Notes under the pieces: model-generated
Database searches by the model: none
What the model was told of the DNA's origin: nothing
Seen by the model: the letters and a program-made list of their open reading frames with translations, nothing else
Shown here: positions 48,650-56,992 of the stretch, piece by piece
Layout: every line of letters begins with the position of its first letter
Numbering within the stretch: position 1 is the stretch's first letter
Translations under genes and position numbers: made by a program
Assembly: GCA_030619865.1 (NCBI GenBank)
Contig: JAUXAP010000004.1
Coordinates: 1 to 56,992 of the forward strand
Length of the DNA: 56,992 nucleotides
DNA from: Dehalococcoidia bacterium
Lineage (GTDB): Bacteria > Chloroflexota > Dehalococcoidia > Dehalococcoidales > JAUXAP01
Direction: 5' to 3'

Positions 48650-48933
48650 GCTATCACCAAACCAATAAAGTTCCATATACAAGCTATTGAAACCACAACG
48701 GTAACGGTCGTGAGGATTGCTAATTTGCGGTAACGGACTAACAGGAATGTCATGAGTGCTGGAAGAGCTATCTTCCAAACGAGAGACCTCCAGAATCCCA
48801 CCTCGATAACATAAGCCATTATCGGATTAGCCTCTACTCCGCCTTTACTAAGAACGCTCCAGGTAAGTAGAATATCGGTTGCGTTAACGAGTGTGAATAC
48901 CACCGCGAGTATCAGTAGCGTTTTCCGTTTCAT
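48646..48933 (-). CDS. DUF5658-like small membrane protein
   Basis: N..D.LLT......GG.EANP.M, three TM segments, WN near the C-terminus. Confidence 0.7.
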   Translation of the reverse strand: MKRKTLLILAVVFTLVNATDILLTWSVLSKGGVEANPIMAYVIEVGFWRSLVWKIALPALMTFLLVRYRKLAILTTVTVVVSIACIWNFIGLVIA

Positions 48934-48961
48934 TGTCCTTAACTGCCTTTTTAATCTCTAG

Positions 48962-49019
48962 TTTCATCCTAGTTCGCTGAAATTAATTACTCATAAAGCC
49001 CGTGTTAAGGTTTTGTTAA
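48962..49019 (-). promoter_or_regulatory. Copy 2 of the 58-bp upstream element
   Basis: Core aaattaattactcataaa at 48980-48997; minus strand begins TTAAC-N6-TTAAC. Confidence 0.7.
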
Positions 49020-49156
49020 TTCTTGCTTCTACGCCCTATATACGTGTTACCCTTTTAAGTTACACTGTCATTATGCTTGTTCTACTTGCCCCAAATTGAC
49101 ACCAAATCAGGAATGCCGTTAGAATATGACTTACTATTGATTAAGGGGGCAGGGCA

Positions 49157-50419
49157 TTGTATCAAAAGGCTACCTTGGATAATGGGCTGCGTATTGTCAC
49201 CGCCAACATGCCTCATACTCGCTCGGTATCTATCTGCATCTTTATTGGGGCTGGCTCCCGCTATGAGATTGAGGCACAGGCTGGCACTTCGCATTTTATC
49301 GAGCACATGCTATTTAAGGGTACCCAAAAGCGGGCAACAGCTAGGGAAATTTCGGAAACAATAGAAGGAGTGGGTGGAATTCTTAATGGGGGAACTGATA
49401 AGGAACTGACCCTCTACTGGTGCAAGGTGGCTCAACCTCATTTCTCACTAGCTCTAGATGTGCTGGCGGACATGTTACTCCATTCTAAGTTTGACCCTCA
49501 AGATATAGACAAAGAACGGCAGATTATTATTGAAGAAATTAACATGAGCCGAGATTCCCCGTCACAACGGGTTAATATGCTTATTGATGAACTCCTATGG
49601 CCTAATCACCCGTTGGGGCGCGATGTAGCCGGCAGTAAGGAATCAGTGGCTGCCATCACCAAAAACGTAATACTTGACTATTTAGCCAGTCAATATCTAC
49701 CTGCTAACGCGGTAGTTACTGTTGCCGGTGATATCCAGCATCAAGAGGCGATAACTGCGGTTAGCCAGACCCTGGGTAGCTGGACTAATCAGCGGACTCG
49801 TTCTGGATACCTGGCTTATAAGGAACAGCCAGCTCAGCAGCTGTGTACCGAGACGAGGGATATTGAGCAAGCCCACCTGTGCCTGGCACTACCCGGCTTG
49901 CCACTTCTCCACCCCAAGCGCTTCACCATAGACCTGCTTAATGCCATCTTAGGAGCGGGTATGAGCAGTCGCTTGTTTATTGAAATTCGCGATAAGCTGG
50001 GACTTGCCTACAGCATCCATAGCTATGTCGAACACTTTCTTGACTCCGGCTCGGTTACTATCTATGCCGGCGTGGAGCCTAAGAACCTGTCAACAGCCAT
50101 CAAGGCTATCCTGGAGCAACTTTCCCGGCTTAAGGAATCAGTCCCTGAATCTGAATTATCCAAGGCAAAGGAATTATCGAAAGGGCGCTTGCTACTACGC
50201 ATGGAGGACAGCCGCAGTGTAGCTGGCTGGATGGGAGGGCAAGAGATACTCACCAATCGCGTTCTTAGTGTTGATGAAGTCATGTCTATCATTGATACCA
50301 TCACTGCTGAGGAGCTTAGCCAATTAGCCCAAGAGCTGCTGATAGGCAGCCAGCTCCGCCTAGCCGTAGTTGGTCCTGCCACTAAATATGAACATCTGGA
50401 AGAGCTTCTGAAGCTATGA
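49157..50419 (+). CDS. M16 family zinc peptidase (pitrilysin-like)
   Basis: GSRYE, HFIEH inverted zincin motif, SSRLF.EIR..LGLAY. Confidence 0.93.
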   Translation: MYQKATLDNGLRIVTANMPHTRSVSICIFIGAGSRYEIEAQAGTSHFIEHMLFKGTQKRATAREISETIEGVGGILNGGTDKELTLYWCKVAQPHFSLALDVLADMLLHSKFDPQDIDKERQIIIEEINMSRDSPSQRVNMLIDELLWPNHPLGRDVAGSKESVAAITKNVILDYLASQYLPANAVVTVAGDIQHQEAITAVSQTLGSWTNQRTRSGYLAYKEQPAQQLCTETRDIEQAHLCLALPGLPLLHPKRFTIDLLNAILGAGMSSRLFIEIRDKLGLAYSIHSYVEHFLDSGSVTIYAGVEPKNLSTAIKAILEQLSRLKESVPESELSKAKELSKGRLLLRMEDSRSVAGWMGGQEILTNRVLSVDEVMSIIDTITAEELSQLAQELLIGSQLRLAVVGPATKYEHLEELLKL

Positions 50420-50431
50420 CTTCCCAATAAA

Positions 50432-50461
50432 AATAGCCGCGATCCAAAGACCACGGCTATT
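50432..50461. terminator. Bidirectional terminator between the M16 peptidase and groEL
   Basis: aatagccg...cggctatt stem between convergent genes. Confidence 0.6.
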
Positions 50462-50489
50462 CTCAATCTACTTGGGCAAACGTTGATTA

Positions 50490-52121
50490 CTACATACCCA
50501 TACCCATGCCACCACCCATTCCACCAGCCGGCATTGCTGGAGGTTGCTCCTTCTCTGGAATGTCGGTAACTAGTGACTCAGTAATCAAAACCATTGCTGC
50601 AATGCTAGCCGCATTTTCCAAGCTAGACCTTACTACCTTGGTCGGGTCAATGATACCCTTCTTTACCATATCACCAAAATCATCGGCTTCAGCATCGTAA
50701 CCGACCCCAGCCGGGCTCTTCTTAACTGCATCCATTATCACGGCGCCATCCCTGCCGGCATTGGCAGCAATCCACCGGATTGGCTCTTCCACAGCTTTCC
50801 TAACAATATCAACCCCGGTAGCTTCATCCCCAGTAACCTCCAGCTTATCCAGAACCGAAAGAGAATTGAGCAAGGCAACACCACCACCGGGTAGGATACC
50901 CTCTTCTACCGCGGCTCGGGTAGCTGATAAGGCATCTTCAACCCGGTGTTTCCTCTCCTTAAGCTCAGTCTCAGTAGCAGCACCTACCTTTATTACAGCT
51001 ACTCCGCCTACCAGCTTGGCCTGCCTCTCCTGGAGTTTCTCACGGTCAAAATCAGAGGTTGTCTCCTCCAGTTGAGCCTTAATCTGCTTTATTCTGTCCT
51101 TAATAGCCTCTTCCGAGCCTTTGCCCTCAATGATAGTTGTATTATCCTTATTAGCGGTTACCCGGCGAGCCCTACCTAGGTCTTCCACAGTAACCGAGTC
51201 CAGCTTGCGTCCTACCTCCTCCGAAATCACCTTACCGTCGGTGAGAATTGCCATGTCTTCCAGCATCTCCTTACGCCGGTCACCGAAACCAGGAGCCTTA
51301 ACCGTCAGAATATTTAACGTCCCCCGTAACTTATTGACCACGAGGGTAGCCAAGGCTTCACCATCCACATCCTCAGCCACAATAAGCAGGTTCTTTGACA
51401 CCTGCAGTATCTTCTCCAGGGCTGGTAAAAGGTCAGAAACCGCCGAGATTTTCTTATCGGTAATAAGGATGTAGGGGTCCTCTATTACCGTCTCCATCTT
51501 TTCAGCATTGGTAATGAAATAGGGGCTAATATAACCGCGGTCAAACTGCATTCCTTCCACATACTCGGTCTCATACTTTATGCCCTTGGATTCCTCAACA
51601 GTAATGACCCCATCCTTACCTACTTTCTCCATAACCTCGGCAATTAAATTACCAATATCACTGTCAACGGCTGTTATAGTCCCTACCTGAGCAATCTGCT
51701 TCCTGCCCCTTACCTTAATAGATATTCGTTTAAGCTCATCGATAATAGCCGCGGTCGCTTTCTCAATGCCCTTCTTTAGTTCCATAGGTTCGGCGCCAGC
51801 AGCCACATTCTTAAAACCGCCAGAAATAATAGCATGAGCCAGAATAGTAGAAGTAGTAGTCCCATCACCGCAAGCATCATTAGTCTTAGTGGCTGCCTCC
51901 TTAACTAACTGCACACCCATATTCTCAAAAGGGTCGGGCAGTTCAATTTCCTTGGCGATAGTAACTCCGTCATCAATTACTGTCGGTGCCCCCCATTTTT
52001 TGTCCAGTGCCACAGTGTGCCCTTTGGGCCCCAATGTTACCTTGACGGCATCAGTTAGAGCATCTATTCCTCTCTTTAAGGCGTGTCTGACTTCCTCATC
52101 AAAAATAATCTGTTTAGCCAT
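50490..52121 (-). CDS. groEL: Chaperonin GroEL
   Basis: [29 protein letters not shown] tail. Confidence 0.99.
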   Translation of the reverse strand: MAKQIIFDEEVRHALKRGIDALTDAVKVTLGPKGHTVALDKKWGAPTVIDDGVTIAKEIELPDPFENMGVQLVKEAATKTNDACGDGTTTSTILAHAIISGGFKNVAAGAEPMELKKGIEKATAAIIDELKRISIKVRGRKQIAQVGTITAVDSDIGNLIAEVMEKVGKDGVITVEESKGIKYETEYVEGMQFDRGYISPYFITNAEKMETVIEDPYILITDKKISAVSDLLPALEKILQVSKNLLIVAEDVDGEALATLVVNKLRGTLNILTVKAPGFGDRRKEMLEDMAILTDGKVISEEVGRKLDSVTVEDLGRARRVTANKDNTTIIEGKGSEEAIKDRIKQIKAQLEETTSDFDREKLQERQAKLVGGVAVIKVGAATETELKERKHRVEDALSATRAAVEEGILPGGGVALLNSLSVLDKLEVTGDEATGVDIVRKAVEEPIRWIAANAGRDGAVIMDAVKKSPAGVGYDAEADDFGDMVKKGIIDPTKVVRSSLENAASIAAMVLITESLVTDIPEKEQPPAMPAGGMGGGMGMGM

Positions 52122-52155
52122 TTTCTCCTCCTTTCATACTAACCAGACTTGTCAT

Positions 52156-52449
52156 TTATCCCTTTTTAGCCAAAATATCGCTCTCACGCAGAATCACCAA
52201 CTCCTCGTCCTCAATCTTGATCTCAGTGCCTCCATACTTAGCATAAATCACTATATCACCAACCTTAACATCCATAGCTATCCGCTTCCCATCCTCAGAT
52301 AACCTGCCCTTACCAACAGCTATCACCTTCCCCTCCTGGGGCTTTTCCTTAGCTGTATCAGGCAAAACAATCCCCCCTTTTGTCACCTCTTCCTGTTCAA
52401 TAGGTTTGACTACCAGCCGGTCGGCCAGTGGTTGAAGCTTAACCGCCAT
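52156..52449 (-). CDS. groES: Co-chaperonin GroES
   Basis: [27 protein letters not shown]. Confidence 0.99.
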   Translation of the reverse strand: MAVKLQPLADRLVVKPIEQEEVTKGGIVLPDTAKEKPQEGKVIAVGKGRLSEDGKRIAMDVKVGDIVIYAKYGGTEIKIEDEELVILRESDILAKKG

Positions 52450-52492
52450 TTCGATCCTCCTTCCTCAATTAAATTAATCACAGCCCACTTTA

Positions 52493-52519
52493 TTAGCACT
52501 CCCACCCTGAGAGTGCTAA
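52493..52519. promoter_or_regulatory. CIRCE element (HrcA operator)
   Basis: TTAGCACTC-ccaccctga-GAGTGCTAA, exact consensus, upstream of groES. Confidence 0.97.
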
Positions 52520-52754
52520 CGACTTTATAATAGCGCAAGTAGCAAAATGTCGCAACTCAATAAATAGCTACTTACAGCTAATAACAGCAGCTAAGAGGCA
52601 TTCTAGGACTAAAATAGCCTTATATTCTCTATGAAATGTGCTTTTTATTCCATGTATTGCCCTGTTGTTGCCATCATTTATTAATCTTCTCTTAATAAAC
52701 AGCTTCAAGTACGCTGTATTGAAGTAGCGTAGGGTGGTTTGCTATAATGTGATG

Positions 52755-53603
52755 GTGATTATTGATTTTCACACCCATGTGTTTCCGCCCCAGGTAAAGA
52801 AAAACCGCAATAAGTATATTGATAGTGACCCCTGTTTTGCTATTTTGTACTCCTCTTCTGACGCCAAACTGGCCACTGCCGATGAACTCATTGCCAGTAT
52901 GGATAAGAACGGGGTTGATATCTCGGTTATTGTTAATATTGGCTGGACTACGCACGAGCTGTGTGTTGAGACTAACGACTATATTCTGGAGTCGATAGCC
53001 CGTTATCCCCGGCGCTTGATAGGCTTTTGTGCTGTTCAGCCAAACTCGTATGATGCGGCTATAGCTGAGATAGAGCGCTGTACCAAGGGAGGAGTAAGGG
53101 GGGTTGGCGAGATGAGACCAGACATACAATTATTCGACCTCAGGGATGACGAGGTGATGGAGCCTTTTATTAAAGTAATAAAGGAGCATAAACTAATTCT
53201 ACTTACTCATACCTCTGAGCCAGTAGGTCATGAATATCCGGGCAAGGGGGTGGTTACTCCCGAGATGCTCTACCCCCTTATTACCAGTTTCCCTGATTTA
53301 ATCATAGTCTGTGCCCATTGGGGTGGCGGTTTGCCATTCTATGCTTTAATGCCTGAAGTAAAACAGGCTATGGGCAATGTCTTTTTTGATACTGCAGCTT
53401 CACCCCTTTTATATAGTCCACAGGTATACGAGCAAGTCGTCCAGCTTGTTGGCGCTGACAAGATTCTTTTCGGTAGTGACTACCCTCTACTGGCACAGAG
53501 TCGGTTAATAAAAGAAATTGAGTCTCTGGATTTGCCTGAGGAAACGAAAAACTTGATTCTATCAGGTAATGCCCAGAAGCTACTGGGTATTAAGGGTAAG
53601 TAA
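52755..53603 (+). CDS. Amidohydrolase_2 family protein
   Basis: IIDFHTH, GVGE, CAHWGGG, FDTA, ILFGSDYP, GNA. Confidence 0.9.
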   Translation: MIIDFHTHVFPPQVKKNRNKYIDSDPCFAILYSSSDAKLATADELIASMDKNGVDISVIVNIGWTTHELCVETNDYILESIARYPRRLIGFCAVQPNSYDAAIAEIERCTKGGVRGVGEMRPDIQLFDLRDDEVMEPFIKVIKEHKLILLTHTSEPVGHEYPGKGVVTPEMLYPLITSFPDLIIVCAHWGGGLPFYALMPEVKQAMGNVFFDTAASPLLYSPQVYEQVVQLVGADKILFGSDYPLLAQSRLIKEIESLDLPEETKNLILSGNAQKLLGIKGK

Positions 53604-53612
53604 GGCTTGAGT

Positions 53613-54245
53613 ATGGAGCAGGTTCGCTCTTTTATTGCTATTGAGCTACCTGATGGGTTAAAAGCAGGGCTTGTTCAATTGCAGAACAAGTTGAAATCGG
53701 ACAAGCAACCCCCGGTGAAGTGGGTTGACCCGTATAGTATTCACCTGACATTGAAGTTCCTGGGCAATATGCCTATAGATAGGACTGATGATATAACCAA
53801 GGCAATGACCGAGGCTGCTCAGGGAATCTCCCCTTTCTGCTTGGAGGTCCAGAGACTAGGAGTTTTCCCAAATTTGAGGCGAGTTCAGGTCGTCTGGGTG
53901 GGGATAAGCGGTGAGATGGATAAGTTAGGTAAGCTTCAGCAGCGCATAGAGTCTAATCTGGCTCCGCTGGGCTTTGCTCCTGAATCACGACCGTTTACGC
54001 CCCATTTGACCCTGGCTCGGCTTCGCGACCGGGCATCATCGGATGAGCGGCAAAGATTTGGGCAGCTCATAGCTGGTACCAAGCTCGAGGCAGTTTATAA
54101 CTTTAAAGTAGATGCTATCAGCCTGATGAAGAGCCAGCTAACCAGAGAAGGCGCTATTTATAGTCGGATTAGTTTAGTCGAACTAAACAAAAGTGGTTTA
54201 TCAATCAAAACTTTGGAGGGAAATGGTGAAAGTAGTAAAAATTAG
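53613..54245 (+). CDS. thpR: RNA 2',3'-cyclic phosphodiesterase (2'-5' RNA ligase family)
   Basis: RSFIAI, HLTLKFLG, FTPHLTLAR (two HxT motifs). Confidence 0.92.
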   Translation: MEQVRSFIAIELPDGLKAGLVQLQNKLKSDKQPPVKWVDPYSIHLTLKFLGNMPIDRTDDITKAMTEAAQGISPFCLEVQRLGVFPNLRRVQVVWVGISGEMDKLGKLQQRIESNLAPLGFAPESRPFTPHLTLARLRDRASSDERQRFGQLIAGTKLEAVYNFKVDAISLMKSQLTREGAIYSRISLVELNKSGLSIKTLEGNGESSKN

Positions 54246-54576
54246 TGATGTCAAAGCTGAAGAAAGTACAAGCAAAATCTTCAGGGGGGGCAAGGTTAGT
54301 ATACAACGCCTTATTGGTGAGAGTGAGGATGTGCTTCGGGTTATTGAGGTGAACTTTAGCCCCGGCGCTGCGTGTGTGTTCCATACTCACACCTTTGAGC
54401 AAGTCTTATATGTCACTGGGGGAACAGGGATAGTGGCTACAGAGAACGAGGAGATAACGGTGACACCGGGTACCATTATCTTCATTCCGGCGGGTGAGAA
54501 GCACTGGCACGGTGCCACCAAAGATGCAACATTTTCGCATATTGCGATGATGACACCGGGAGAGACCAGCTTTTGA
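54223..54576 (+). CDS. Cupin domain protein
   Basis: FHTHTFEQ.LYV..G.G, IPAGEKHWHGA. Confidence 0.9.
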   Translation: MVKVVKISDVKAEESTSKIFRGGKVSIQRLIGESEDVLRVIEVNFSPGAACVFHTHTFEQVLYVTGGTGIVATENEEITVTPGTIIFIPAGEKHWHGATKDATFSHIAMMTPGETSF

Positions 54577-54728
54577 ACCAGAGAGACTTGGCTTCCTGTC
54601 GAGGGATAAATTATCAGGGAAGCGCTATTCATAGTTGAATTAGCTCAGTCAAACTAAAGAAGCCCTTGCCAGCAGCCGTTGTTTGGTGTATACTGTTAAA
54701 AATTAATTTCGGTTGGGAGGTGGACCTC

Positions 54729-54950
54729 GTGGAACAATTTAGTTTTCCCAAATGTCAAAAGTGTAAGTCTGGAGACCTGGTGCCCTTGTCTGATTTTGGC
54801 AGTCAAGGGGCGCCTATTGAGTACAAAGCCTGGGTTTGCACCAATCCTGATTGCGGCTACAACCTGAAAATCAGGAATGGCGATGTCTACATTGACGAAC
54901 CCATTATGAGTGGGGCACTCCACAGCCCCCGCTCTCGCCAAAACCCCTAG
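54729..54950 (+). CDS. Small zinc-ribbon hypothetical protein
   Basis: CQKC...WVCTNPDCGY; GGGAGG RBS; upstream TTGCCA..TATACT promoter. Confidence 0.7.
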   Translation: MEQFSFPKCQKCKSGDLVPLSDFGSQGAPIEYKAWVCTNPDCGYNLKIRNGDVYIDEPIMSGALHSPRSRQNP

Positions 54951-54976
54951 AAGTTCATCCTGAAGGATTATAGGGG

Positions 54977-55684
54977 GTGAACGTGCTTCCTCAATTAACT
55001 AGGCTTAAGGGGATAGCGCTCAATCTTTTGTTCCCACAGTGGTGTGTAGGCTGTGGCAAGGAAGGTAATTTTATTTGCTGCTCTTGCCGACACTCCTTAC
55101 CCCGAATTATGCCCGCGCTCTGTCCCAAGTGTGGTAGGCCCCAACTCAGTGGCATACTTTGTCCTAACTGTGTTGATTGGCAGGCAGAGATAGATGGTAT
55201 TCGTTCTCCGTTTCGATTTGATGGAGTAATACACAAGGCTATATATGAGCTAAAATATAGAAATCTTAGAGCCTTAGCTGCCCCCTTGGCTGAGTTGCTA
55301 CATGAGTATCTTACTGCAAACCCTGTGCCTGGAGAAACTCTGGTGCCAGTGCCCCTGCACCAGAAACGATTGAGGGAACGTGGCTACAATCAATCCCGCC
55401 TACTGACCAAGGAGCTAGGCAAGCTCATCAACTTACCGGTAGTAGATAGCTGTCTCATCCGGCAGCGGCATGCCCCTCCCCAGGCCAGAACACCGACCGT
55501 AAAGGAGAGGCGGAGCAATGTAGCTGACGCTTTTACCTGCCGTGACCATAGGCTGCGAGATAAGCAGGTGCTGCTCATAGATGATGTTTCCACCTCGGGG
55601 GCTACCCTTGATGCCTGTGCTGCGGCACTGAAAGCCGCTGGAGCCACCTCAGTGTGGGGACTGGTTCTAGCCAGGGAGATTTGA
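54977..55684 (+). CDS. comF: ComF family protein (zinc finger + PRTase)
   Basis: LFP..CVGC, VPVPLH..R..ERGYNQS, LLIDDVSTSGATL. Confidence 0.93.
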   Translation: MNVLPQLTRLKGIALNLLFPQWCVGCGKEGNFICCSCRHSLPRIMPALCPKCGRPQLSGILCPNCVDWQAEIDGIRSPFRFDGVIHKAIYELKYRNLRALAAPLAELLHEYLTANPVPGETLVPVPLHQKRLRERGYNQSRLLTKELGKLINLPVVDSCLIRQRHAPPQARTPTVKERRSNVADAFTCRDHRLRDKQVLLIDDVSTSGATLDACAAALKAAGATSVWGLVLAREI

Positions 55685-55696
55685 AGGAGTGAAGCG

Positions 55697-56242
55697 ATGG
55701 AGCTGCAGATAACTGGTAAGAATGTAAAATTAGTGCCAACAGCACGCCGCTACATTGAGCGTAAGCTGGGTAAGCTGAGTCGTCATCTACCTAACATTAG
55801 GGAGTCTAAAGTAGAGGTTGCCGAAGAAAAAACAAAGTCTCCCGAGCAGCGCTTTGTGATACAGGTAACGATAGACAGTAATGGCACACTACTCCGTGGT
55901 GAGGAGAGAGGAGAAAACTTGTTCGTCGCTATTGATAAGGTAGTGGCGGTTATGGATGGGCAAATTGAACGCTATAAAGGGAAGCTCTATGATAAGGGCA
56001 GAGGCAGCTCATTTGCCCGAAGTGAATTCAACCCGGAAGTAGAGGCAGCAGAACCTGAGAAAAAGGTTACTAGGATTAAGCGGTTTGCAGTTAAACCGAT
56101 GTCTGTGGATGAAGCTATAAGCCAGATGGAGCTTTTGGGTCATGATTTCTTCTTATTCTTTAATGCCGATACCGAGGGGCTTAACCTGTTATATCGGCGC
56201 AAGGATGGTAATTACGGTCTGATTGAGCCTGAGCTGGGGTGA
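55697..56242 (+). CDS. hpf: Ribosome hibernation promoting factor (long HPF/RaiA)
   Basis: ITGKN, AID, KPMSVDEAI.QMELLGHDFFLF, YRRKDGNYGLIEP. Confidence 0.95.
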   Translation: MELQITGKNVKLVPTARRYIERKLGKLSRHLPNIRESKVEVAEEKTKSPEQRFVIQVTIDSNGTLLRGEERGENLFVAIDKVVAVMDGQIERYKGKLYDKGRGSSFARSEFNPEVEAAEPEKKVTRIKRFAVKPMSVDEAISQMELLGHDFFLFFNADTEGLNLLYRRKDGNYGLIEPELG

Positions 56243-56246
56243 TGCC

Positions 56247-56765
56247 TTGAAAGACGAAGAGCTAAAATATGTTACTTTCAATACCGATATGGGTTGGCTG
56301 GGAATGTTGGCTTCAGCCAAGGGACTAGCGGGCACCACCTTACCCCAGCGTTCTGCTCAAGAGGCGCGCCAGCGATTGGGCGATAGTGTAAACCATGCTA
56401 CCTGGTCTCCTTCCTTGTTTGAGGACTTAGTGGGGCGATTCAAAGCTTACTTTAGTGGTCAAAAAGTGGACTTTCCTGATGAGCTTGACCTTTCCCGGGG
56501 TACTGCTTTCCAGCGTAAGGTGTGGGAAACAGCAAGGCTCATCCCTTACGGTGAGACCAGAAGTTACGGCTGGGTGGCTGAACGAGCAGGAAGACCAAGA
56601 GCAGCGCGAGCGGTGGGACAAGCCATGGGGAGAAACCCGCTGGCAATTATCGTGCCCTGTCACCGGGTTGTAGCCAGTGGTGGTAAACTGGGCGGCTTTG
56701 GTGGAGGACTGGAGATGAAGAGGCGTCTCCTTCGGCTGGAGGGCTCAGTTAACATTAGGTTATGA
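56247..56765 (+). CDS. ogt: Methylated-DNA-protein-cysteine methyltransferase
   Basis: FQRKVW, IPYGETRSY, RAVGQA, PCHRV, GGFGGG. Confidence 0.94.
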   Translation: MKDEELKYVTFNTDMGWLGMLASAKGLAGTTLPQRSAQEARQRLGDSVNHATWSPSLFEDLVGRFKAYFSGQKVDFPDELDLSRGTAFQRKVWETARLIPYGETRSYGWVAERAGRPRAARAVGQAMGRNPLAIIVPCHRVVASGGKLGGFGGGLEMKRRLLRLEGSVNIRL

Positions 56766-56814
56766 GAAGGTTAGCCTGAGCCGGTGTTTATCAGTTAGGA
56801 TGCAGGGTAGAAGA

Positions 56815-56992
56815 TTATCTGACTCTGGGAAACAATACGTCTTGGTTATCCACGCTTTTTATTTTGAAGTTTAAGAAATCCAGTTGGTATTTCTCAATTA
56901 GTCCTTCGTCAGCAAAGCTAAAGTATCTGTTGCCACCTATTATGATATGGTCTAACACCTTAATCTGAATAATCTCCCCGACAAAGACTAGG
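56815..56992 (-). CDS. radC: RadC/JAB-domain protein, 3' part (5' end outside window; not in the ORF track)
   Basis: Manual translation LVFVGEIIQIKVLDHIIIGGNRYFSFADEGLIEKY...VR*. Confidence 0.88.
   Translation of the reverse strand, partial: LVFVGEIIQIKVLDHIIIGGNRYFSFADEGLIEKYQLDFLNFKIKSVDNQDVLFPRVR

Noticed and set aside
48650-48778. Upstream 43 codons of the 243-aa SipW ORF
   Set aside because: Overlaps the DUF5658-like gene in another frame; ATGA coupling at 48649 is more plausible

Overview
This is a chromosomal fragment that spans the replication origin of a probable Dehalococcoidia (Chloroflexota) bacterium. The taxon is inferred from gene content and from the order argC-HIT-rSAM-gyrA-TPR-lysC-apgM-mazG-fmt-dnaA-obg-nadD. 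The backbone is housekeeping: three tRNAs (Glu, Pro, Asp), rpsF-ssb-rpsR, rplY, groESL with a perfect CIRCE, comF-hpf-ogt and a partial radC. Accessory inserts: (1) a 1.47-kb element bounded by terminal inverted repeats (6111-7576). It holds an internally deleted transposase and a Panacea antitoxin/unknown toxin pair, preceded by a structured leader with a predicted ~70-nt antisense RNA. A second copy of the same end lies beside a thermonuclease gene at 16.6 kb. (2) A glycan/exosortase cluster next to tRNA-Asp. (3) A hydroxypyruvate/tartronate-semialdehyde/glycerate gene cluster. (4) A SipW/TasA-like filament locus with a zinc-ribbon-fused SipW, a DUF5658-like gene and a duplicated 58-bp upstream element. 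Two genes (fmt and a TasA paralogue) have a single in-frame TAG at an apparent Gln position. DnaA has a diverged recognition helix, and the putative oriC has DnaA-trios but no canonical boxes. All family calls come from motif recognition by eye, not from database searches.
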